Positions 56,783 through 64,000 of a stretch of 64,000 nucleotides of DNA are shown here, piece by piece. Each line of letters begins with the position of its first letter. Within the stretch, counting starts at the first letter, position 1. A program made the translations under genes and the position numbers. This DNA comes from an uncultured Colwellia sp. (lineage in GTDB: Bacteria; Pseudomonadota; Gammaproteobacteria; Enterobacterales; Alteromonadaceae): NCBI GenBank assembly GCA_913058405.1, contig CAJXRC010000002.1, positions 2,932-66,931 of the forward strand, given 5' to 3'. Below the pieces are notes generated by a model. The model had not been told where the DNA came from. It saw only the letters and a list, made by a program, of their open reading frames with translations, and made no database searches.

Positions 56783-57466
56783 GTGAAGCCCTTGTCTTCT
56801 ACAAAGATACATTTAACTAAAGCCGCCTTTACCATAAGTGCCCCAGATATCCGCCGTTTACCAGCTGATTCTGGTATTGAAGTTGCTTTTGCAGGGCGCT
56901 CTAATGCAGGTAAATCAAGCGCTTTGAATACGCTAACCAATCAACGTGGTTTGGCGCGCATTAGTAAAACTCCAGGTCGAACTCAGCTTATCAATGTATT
57001 TGAAGTAGCAGAGAATCGACGTCTTATCGATTTACCCGGTTATGGTTTTGCTCAAGTGCCATTAGCAATGAAGAAAAAATGGCAAAAAGCGTTGGGTGAA
57101 TATTTAGAAAAACGCCAGTGTCTTAAAGGATTAGTGGTATTGATGGATATCCGTCATCCATTAAAAGACTTAGACATGGATTTAATACAGTGGGCTGCAG
57201 ATAGTGATTTGCCTGTTTTAGCTTTATTAACTAAGTGTGACAAGCTCTCGCAAGGTAAACGTAGTTCAGAAGTATTAGCGGTTAAAAAAGCATTATCATC
57301 ATTGAATGCTGATATTAAGGTTCAGGCTTTTTCATCACTTAAATATACGGGCAAAGAACAAGCTGATGCCATTATTTGTGAGTGGCTTGAACAAGAAGCA
57401 CAAGAATATGAATTACCTGACGAAAGTGATGTTGACGATGCGGATGAATCTTTTGAAGGTGAATAA
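56783..57466 (+). CDS. yihA: Ribosome biogenesis GTPase YihA/EngB
   Basis: [26 protein letters not shown]. Start is probably GTG 56783 or TTG 56792 rather than 56675. Confidence 0.96.
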   Translation: MKPLSSTKIHLTKAAFTISAPDIRRLPADSGIEVAFAGRSNAGKSSALNTLTNQRGLARISKTPGRTQLINVFEVAENRRLIDLPGYGFAQVPLAMKKKWQKALGEYLEKRQCLKGLVVLMDIRHPLKDLDMDLIQWAADSDLPVLALLTKCDKLSQGKRSSEVLAVKKALSSLNADIKVQAFSSLKYTGKEQADAIICEWLEQEAQEYELPDESDVDDADESFEGE

Positions 57467-57509
57467 TCTCCTCATAAAGTGAGATTGACGTTAAGTTTGA
57501 ACATCACAC

Positions 57510-57775
57510 TATACCCAAACAACCTCAAGATGTAGGATTCAGCTGGCATTAGAAACGTCTTTAGGCAAGGTATTGATTGAAGAGAATGGTTATTCCCTTG
57601 TCGAAATCAATAACGATGGATAACACGTTTCTAAACCAGCCCTACGGGGACGACTGAGCAAATTAAATTCATTGTTGCGTAGGTAATTAAGGGAATGACC
57701 ATTAATAAAATACGCGTCTCGAATATGAATCGCTCAGCCGCCCTGAAACGGGCATCTTGAAGTTGCTTGGGTATA
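57510..57775. mobile_element. ERIC-related MITE (266 bp) with TA ends
   Basis: 24-bp TIRs: TATACCCAAACAACCTCAAGATGT versus rc of the right end, TATACCCAAGCAACTTCAAGATGC (21/24). Contains two internal inverted sub-units sharing AATGGT.ATTCCCTT. Confidence 0.85.
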
Positions 57776-57843
57776 TTACAAAAAGGAGAAAGCATTACGC
57801 TATTCTCCTTTTTTTGTGTCTGCACACTAGGCAATAATTACAA

Positions 57844-59649
57844 CTAGCTTAGCTTTTTAAACTGTAATTCCACTAACCGTTGATACAACTCACATTGTTG
57901 CAATAATGAGTGGTGATCGCCCATGTCGATTATTCTACCTTGCTCTAACACTGCAATTTTATCCGCATGTTGAATTGTTGATAGTCGGTGCGCAATGATA
58001 ATGGTTGTGCGACCACGCATTAACTCTTCTAATGCTTGTTGAACGTGCTGTTCGCTTTCACTATCAAGGGCACTGGTCGCCTCATCTAATAGCAAAATAT
58101 GTGGGTCTTTTAATATTGCGCGCGCAATAGCAATACGTTGACGCTGACCGCCGGATAAGCGCACACCACGCTCACCTAGAAAACTGTTATAACCTTCAGG
58201 TAAATTGATAATAAACTCATGAGCATGGGCTTTTTTAGCTGCCGAAATAACTTCTTCATCGCTAGCCTCAGGTTTGCCGTAACGAATATTATGAAAAACG
58301 TCACTACTAAATAAGGCAGGTTGTTGCGGTACTAAAGCCATTTGTTGGCGAAGATCTTTCGGATCCAGCTGTCTAATATCGGAACCACCCAACGTAATAC
58401 GACCATGTTGTGGGTCATAAAAACGCTGTAATAATTCAAATAATGTTGTTTTTCCCGCGCCCGATGGGCCCACTAGCGCTAATACTTTACCTCGTTGTGC
58501 TGTTAAATTCAGTGCTTGTGTTGCTGCTTGATCAGGCCGCGAAGGGTAATTAAAACTAACTTCTTCAAAAACAATTTGGGCATCAAGTTCTTTCGCTGAA
58601 GTCGCATTTTCAACAGGGGGAAGAATATGACTTTCTACCTGTAGTATCTCTATCAATCTTTCAGTAGCACCCGCTGCACGTTGTAACTCCCCTAATACTT
58701 CTGAAATAGTGGCTAACGAAGAAGCGACCAAGATGGCATAAAATACAAAAGCACCTAAATCACCACCACTCATCTTACCTTGAATAACATCACTACCACC
58801 GACCCATAACATGCCAGTAATTGCACCAAAAACAATAATAATAACACCTGCAATTAACGTGGCACGTTGCTTTATACGGTTGCGACCAATAGAAAATGAC
58901 TTTTCAACTTCCTTACCAAAAGAATGCCTTTCATGTTGTTCGTGGGTATAACTTTGTACTGTTTTAATATGTTCAATTGCCTCTCCGGCATAACTACCAA
59001 CATCGGCCATTGAGTCTTGGCTTCTACGCGATAATTTTCTTACTTTACGACCATAGAATAATATCGGCACTAAAATAAAAGGTACCGATATTAAAACAAT
59101 AAAAGTTAACTTTATATTGGTAGCAAATAGCATTACTAAAGCACCTAATAGCATTAGCGTACTGCGGATAGCCATGGAAAAAGAAGAGCCAATAATGCTT
59201 TGCAGTAGGGTAGTGTCCGTTGTAATGCGTGACATGATGTCGCCGCTGCCATTAGTTTCAAAATAACTGGGATGCAAGGTGATTACATGATTAAAAACTG
59301 CCAATCGAATATCAGCACTAACTCGTTCACCTAACCAAGAAACTAAGTAAAAGCGAAAAAATGTTCCCCCGGCAATTAATACTGTAATAGCCAATATAAA
59401 GAGTACTGCTTGCTGTAATTGCTCTATGGATTGCTGAGCAAACCCTTCATCAATGAGCATTCTTACCCCTTGACCCACAGAAAGCATCACACCTGCGGTA
59501 AACAGCAGGGCAATAAAAGCGGCTAGCACCTGACTTTTATAAGGACGAATGAATTGAATAAGTTCCAAGAGAATAGAGATTTTTTTATTTTTAGGGCTTT
59601 CGGTTGAAGTATTCTCTGCTAGATCAGCAGCAGTAGGTTGGTCAGACAT
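57844..59649 (-). CDS. ABC exporter, fused permease/ATPase (MsbA-like family)
   Basis: TM domain, then GPSGAGKT, LSGGQRQR, LLLDEATSALD, IAHRL. Confidence 0.94.
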   Translation of the reverse strand: MSDQPTAADLAENTSTESPKNKKISILLELIQFIRPYKSQVLAAFIALLFTAGVMLSVGQGVRMLIDEGFAQQSIEQLQQAVLFILAITVLIAGGTFFRFYLVSWLGERVSADIRLAVFNHVITLHPSYFETNGSGDIMSRITTDTTLLQSIIGSSFSMAIRSTLMLLGALVMLFATNIKLTFIVLISVPFILVPILFYGRKVRKLSRRSQDSMADVGSYAGEAIEHIKTVQSYTHEQHERHSFGKEVEKSFSIGRNRIKQRATLIAGVIIIVFGAITGMLWVGGSDVIQGKMSGGDLGAFVFYAILVASSLATISEVLGELQRAAGATERLIEILQVESHILPPVENATSAKELDAQIVFEEVSFNYPSRPDQAATQALNLTAQRGKVLALVGPSGAGKTTLFELLQRFYDPQHGRITLGGSDIRQLDPKDLRQQMALVPQQPALFSSDVFHNIRYGKPEASDEEVISAAKKAHAHEFIINLPEGYNSFLGERGVRLSGGQRQRIAIARAILKDPHILLLDEATSALDSESEQHVQQALEELMRGRTTIIIAHRLSTIQHADKIAVLEQGRIIDMGDHHSLLQQCELYQRLVELQFKKLS

Positions 59650-59880
59650 AAAATCTCAGCATTTATTATACCCATTGAATCCATTATTTGATCATCCTGA
59701 GACGGCCTAAATGGTCAATTTGTATTACTAGTTATTAAGCATGTTAGTGACTAGTGAATGAATTAATGACGAGTAGTTTACGCTTTCCATTGATGTTGAA
59801 CTAGGAAGTTTTACTGGAATATGAAGTAAGTTTGTAAGAGGAAGTAATAAAGACTGTGTGAGAGTTGATGTTTTTACAGA

Positions 59881-59991
59881 TAAAAAAAAGCCGATGGTCT
59901 TTTCAGAACTAATAAGTAGTTGTGAATTGCATCGGCAAAGCTTATGGGGAAGCTACAAAAAAATTATTACAATAAGTGTTCGCTTAAGAAC
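59881..59991 (-). ncRNA. Candidate small RNA
   Basis: Minus-strand TATAAT at 59998-60003, a GCCGATG/CATCGGC stem followed by a U-run ending at ~59882, a CTTCCCCA segment, and no credible ORF. Confidence 0.4.
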
Positions 59992-60056
59992 AAAGTGATT
60001 ATAGAGTAACAGCTCTACACAAGTAAAGTGATTTATAGAGTAATTACTCTTTTTCT

Positions 60057-60070
60057 TTGATTTAGATCAT
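60057..60070. promoter_or_regulatory. FNR-like box
   Basis: TTGAT-TTAG-ATCAT (9/10). Confidence 0.45.
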
Positions 60071-60322
60071 TATTGAACGATTTGTTTATATATTAACCGT
60101 CATTAATATTGAGATCAGCGACAGGAAATGAAATTTTTATGCTTGCTAAGGAGCTTAATTTTAGCTTATTGATATTATTACATCATTTACAATACATGTT
60201 TAGTCATGTAATTTAACAAAAAATTTACATTTTTGTGATTTATTAAATAACGGTAAACGTCATTATAATCACAATAAGCTCAAATCATGCGAGCTTGAAG
60301 TTAACTTTATTAAGGAAAATAA

Positions 60323-62758
60323 ATGTTAAAAAATTATTTTAAACCACTTCTTTGTTTGGCTTTTATTAATTTAATTTCCGCCTGTGGCGGAAGTGGTGAA
60401 GGTGCTGAACCAACACCAACACCCACTAAAGTCGAAGTCACGAATACTTCTCCTGAATTAGGTGAGTATACTAGCACCTATCAAATGCTTGAAAATATTA
60501 CGGTTATTGCTGAAAATATTACTGTTTCTGATGCGGAAAATGATAGTTTAACAGCAAGCTTTACAGGAGGTGATGCCGATCTTTTTAGTTTTGATATAGC
60601 GACAGGAAAGCTTACGTTCAAATCAGCTCCTGATTATGAAGCTCCCTCAGATAGTGATCTAGATAATATCTATATTGTAGAACTGAGTATTTCAGACAGT
60701 GAGCAGTCGGTCACTGCAACCATTGAAGTGACCATTATTAATGATATCTTCATTGAAATTACGTCTCCTGTGGAAAACAGTAACGTTGGTGGTGATGATA
60801 CTTATAAAGTAGTTGCCAAAATTGAGGAGCGTGAATCTGACGATTTAACCGTAATGGCTGATACGCCAGTGCTAATAAATGGTCGTTCAGCTACTCCAAT
60901 CGATGATTCTCAAAAATATTGGGTGCTTGAAATTGAAAATATCGCAAAAGCGAGCATTACCGCTGAAGTTACATTTGAAGGTATTACTTACTCAGATGTC
61001 GTTTCAGTACAAGGCTTACAACCATTGGTTTCAGTTAAGGATATAGCAGTAGATGAGACCGCCGGTTTTATGTATCTGAATGATCAAGGTTCACGATTAA
61101 TAGTAAAAGCGAGTCTTGATGGTAGTACATCTAAAGTCTTTTTTAACCCTAGGGAATTTGGCTATTCTTGGGTTTCTTCTATATTACTAGATAGCAAGAA
61201 TAATCGCCTATTAGCAGTTATGAGTGTGCCTAAATCAGATGGTAGTATACGGACTGTAAAAAGTATTATTGCGATAGATTTAACCACAAAAGCACATGAC
61301 ATTCTTTCGGGTGAGCTTATAGGCTCGGGAGATTTACTTAGTATTAATTCGGGCCAAATCGCTTTTTACCATGAATCATTATTAATCCCTGACTATAACA
61401 ATCAATCTTTAGTAAAGATTGACTTATTGACAGGAAATAGAACAACCCTTTCTAGTGGGGCTTTAGGTACTGGCCCCTTATTTGATAGACCAACAAGTTT
61501 GGCGGTAAATTCTGATAATAATTTAGCTTATGTTTCCTCTAAATCTACAATACATGAAGTAGATCTTCTTACCGGTAATAGAGCAATCATTGGTGACAAT
61601 GAAGTCGGTACTGGCACGGTTTTAGTGTCTCCAGAGCACTTGTTTTTTGATGGTGAAAATAATCGTTTAATATTTTTAAATTCGGACGAAGGTATTACTA
61701 CATTAAACTTGAACACTAAAGAACGTATAGCATTACCAACTCCTTTACAGGGGACTTCACTTGGTTTAGGTGATGATACTAATTTCTATATCTTTAATTT
61801 TTATAATAATTCTATTGATAGAGGGGTTTTGGGAGAAGATAACTTTGAAAGCGTGATTGTGATAAAAACAGGGCAAGGTCTTCCAATCAATAATGGTTAT
61901 AGCACTGTTTTTTCAGGTAAGTTACAAAAATTGTTTATTAATAGTTACGGTGTTTATAGCTTTGATCTTCTAGAGCAGAGGGTAAGTTATTTAAATACAG
62001 GGACTCCTGATATAGCTAACCAAATAGGCTTATCTTTAAATACAGATGACAATAGCTTAGTTGTCATTAATAATTCAGAAATTAATGAGCCTACGTTATT
62101 GTTAGTAAATACAGAAGATACAAAACGAGAAGTTATTACTGAGTATGATGTTGCAGACGACGTTAATCTTATCAACCCACTTGATGTCGTGCTAAATGAT
62201 AAAAATACTTTTGCCTATATTCTCGATGCGCCAAATTATCAAAATAATGACGCAGAGGTCAATATTATCCAAGTCGAATTGGCGACAGGGGTTAAAACAC
62301 TTATATCAAACAATGCAACTCACCCAGGTGTTGCTTTTAACAAGCCGAACTCTATTTCCTTTCAATCAAGTAGCAATAGTCTGCTTGTTATCCAAAGTCC
62401 TGCTGATGAAAAGGGCGTTGATATTATTAAAATAGAGATAACTACTGGAGAAAGATCATTAATGGCTAATGATATTGATGAGAAAGTAATATCAGCAGTT
62501 AATGACTCTTTGTTTCTAGAAGACGGTACCTTTGTCATCATGGATTGGCGATTCATTTATAAAGTGAATTTAGCTACTGGTGAAAGTAACTTATTATCAT
62601 CAAATGGAGTGGGAGATGGAATACCTTTCGGCCAACTTTCATCAATAAGTTATGACAGCATTAATAATAGAATATATGCCGTTGATACTGAATTTAAGGG
62701 GATTTTTGCTATTGATATTTCAACAGGAAATAGAAGTTTGTTAGTGTCTGGTAATTAG
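60323..62758 (+). CDS. Surface lipoprotein with cadherin-like domain and beta-propeller repeats
   Basis: Lipobox LISAC, PTPTPT linker, cadherin motifs (SDAEND, GGDADLF, F...PDYEAP.D.D.DNIY), and repeated (I/V)DL.TGNR..(L/I)S blades. Confidence 0.8.
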   Translation: MLKNYFKPLLCLAFINLISACGGSGEGAEPTPTPTKVEVTNTSPELGEYTSTYQMLENITVIAENITVSDAENDSLTASFTGGDADLFSFDIATGKLTFKSAPDYEAPSDSDLDNIYIVELSISDSEQSVTATIEVTIINDIFIEITSPVENSNVGGDDTYKVVAKIEERESDDLTVMADTPVLINGRSATPIDDSQKYWVLEIENIAKASITAEVTFEGITYSDVVSVQGLQPLVSVKDIAVDETAGFMYLNDQGSRLIVKASLDGSTSKVFFNPREFGYSWVSSILLDSKNNRLLAVMSVPKSDGSIRTVKSIIAIDLTTKAHDILSGELIGSGDLLSINSGQIAFYHESLLIPDYNNQSLVKIDLLTGNRTTLSSGALGTGPLFDRPTSLAVNSDNNLAYVSSKSTIHEVDLLTGNRAIIGDNEVGTGTVLVSPEHLFFDGENNRLIFLNSDEGITTLNLNTKERIALPTPLQGTSLGLGDDTNFYIFNFYNNSIDRGVLGEDNFESVIVIKTGQGLPINNGYSTVFSGKLQKLFINSYGVYSFDLLEQRVSYLNTGTPDIANQIGLSLNTDDNSLVVINNSEINEPTLLLVNTEDTKREVITEYDVADDVNLINPLDVVLNDKNTFAYILDAPNYQNNDAEVNIIQVELATGVKTLISNNATHPGVAFNKPNSISFQSSSNSLLVIQSPADEKGVDIIKIEITTGERSLMANDIDEKVISAVNDSLFLEDGTFVIMDWRFIYKVNLATGESNLLSSNGVGDGIPFGQLSSISYDSINNRIYAVDTEFKGIFAIDISTGNRSLLVSGN

Positions 62759-62837
62759 CACTTTGTTAAGTTTAGATAACGTTGATTAGCCTCTACTATA
62801 AAGTAGTGGCACTTTAGAAAGTAATACTTGCGTTAGG

Positions 62838-63587
62838 TTATGATTTTTTAAATGGTTTGAATAACCTAGCTTTAACCGAGCGCCAATGTGTTTTTGGTAT
62901 TTTAGGTGCTAATGATAATAAATGTTGGTAGTCATCTTCTGTTGGAGTTACTTCACCGCCATGGGCAAGAATAATACTCTTTGGTTCTAATTTGATGATT
63001 TTATGCAGTGAGGCTCGATAACGATTAGGGTAAAAAATAGGGAAGGGTGGGATGAACTTATTCTTTACCTTTACTATTAAATCAGCAACATAGATCTTAT
63101 TGCTGGGAATGTGGTGTAAGGACAAGTCCCTATCTGTATGACCTTGTGTAGCGAGAGCAATCCAGTCAGAAAATCCGGGTAATGGCTCACTATCATTGAG
63201 CTTATAGTCGGCGATTAATTGACTAGAATACCAGAAGTTCATACGTGGTTTTTTCATGCGTTTTGCTACCCATTTAGCTAAGAATATGTCGGTAAGATGC
63301 ATGAGGCGACCATCTATGCCTGAATACCATTGTCCACTAACGTTGGCGGTAGCAATTTTACAACCAGTTAGCTTTCGAAGCTTATCAGCAGCACCTGCAT
63401 GATCAGGGTGCATGTGTGTGACCACGACTAAAGATAAATCATGGAAAGGGCGTTGTAAGGTTTTGGTAATAAAATGTTTGAGCATTGAAATATCTGAGCG
63501 ACAGCAGCCATCAAGCAACAGTAACTTATCAGGGTACTCTGCGAGCAAAATTGTTTGGATATGGCCATCTATATGATGTAATTTCAT
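62838..63587 (-). CDS. MBL-fold metallo-hydrolase
   Basis: THMHPDH, GHT, YVAD, LAHG. Confidence 0.9.
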   Translation of the reverse strand: MKLHHIDGHIQTILLAEYPDKLLLLDGCCRSDISMLKHFITKTLQRPFHDLSLVVVTHMHPDHAGAADKLRKLTGCKIATANVSGQWYSGIDGRLMHLTDIFLAKWVAKRMKKPRMNFWYSSQLIADYKLNDSEPLPGFSDWIALATQGHTDRDLSLHHIPSNKIYVADLIVKVKNKFIPPFPIFYPNRYRASLHKIIKLEPKSIILAHGGEVTPTEDDYQHLLSLAPKIPKTHWRSVKARLFKPFKKS

Positions 63588-63821
63588 AATGATAAAACAG
63601 TTAATTCATAATTTAATTGTCGCTTTATACTGTAAAAGAAAAGCTATTGGTCTGCACTCTATTTACTTCTCTTTAACAATATACTGACTATGGCTAACCT
63701 TTATAACGGGAAGCTAAACAAACAGATTGAGTGAACAGTAAAAGGTTATATTAAGTGTAATTTCGAGCTTTTGACCTGTATGGCCACCCGCATATTTCTA
63801 ACGAATGGCTATACACGATAG

Positions 63822-64000
63822 TTAACTATGCACTTTCTGTAAGGCTTCCTCTGAAACTTGTATCTCATTGAGCATAAGCTTAGCTCTTTTTTCTGCGAGT
63901 AATAAGTAGAAGCTAGGTAAAATGAACAAGGTAAATATTGTGCCGATGAACATGCCTGCCACTAAGATAATACCAATACTATTACGTGCTTCAGCACCTG
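63822..64000 (-). CDS. C-terminus of an RND efflux permease (partial; missed by the ORF track)
   Basis: Translates as GAEARNSIGIILVAGMFIGTIFTLFILPSFYLLLAEK...QKVHS*, the typical last TM helix of AcrB-family proteins. Confidence 0.85.
   Translation of the reverse strand, partial: GAEARNSIGIILVAGMFIGTIFTLFILPSFYLLLAEKRAKLMLNEIQVSEEALQKVHS

Noticed and set aside
57631..57834. 67-aa minus-strand ORF
   Set aside because: It lies mostly inside the MITE and has no protein features.
57467..57843. Spot 42 sRNA, often found next to yihA
   Set aside because: No Spot 42-like sequence is visible, and polA is not adjacent here.

Overview
This is an AT-rich gammaproteobacterial chromosomal window. Gene content and repeat types suggest a marine Alteromonadales such as Colwellia (inference). 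In order it contains: (1) the 3' part of a sugar-utilisation locus (TonB receptor, tryptophan-halogenase-like enzyme, SapC, DUF6445-like oxygenase, ECF sigma/FecR, sugar porter, glucokinase); (2) a TPP-riboswitch thiC-thiO-thiS-thiG-thiDE operon; (3) a delta-class carbonic anhydrase; (4) PrsT and a sigma54-driven PEP-CTERM protein; (5) a three-gene module of a DP-EP (DUF1888-like) protein, a membrane Ser/Thr kinase with TPRs and an FHA-winged-helix protein; (6) a Fur-boxed PepSY-TM operon; (7) an OprO/P porin fused to a barrel-less amidohydrolase domain; (8) ccoG and norE/F-like genes with a PAS-sigma54 activator; (9) two GGDEF proteins and a Met-boxed MetF-like gene; (10) an IorAB/XdhC/MocA cluster; (11) split PqiA/LetA with an 8-MCE PqiB/LetB; (12) a trihaem cytochrome c4, yihA, an ABC exporter, a cadherin/propeller lipoprotein, an MBL hydrolase and the end of an RND permease. 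Several ERIC-like/MITE repeats are scattered between genes. The best candidate for an undescribed system is the DP-EP/kinase/FHA-wHTH module at 27657-32352. Both of its transcription units carry the same 22-bp upstream motif (21/22 identity) built on an ATTACA-N4-ATTACA direct repeat. The second candidate is the PAS-sigma54 regulon, with a thrice-repeated CACGATATATCGTG palindrome. All family calls come from motif recognition by eye; no searches were run.
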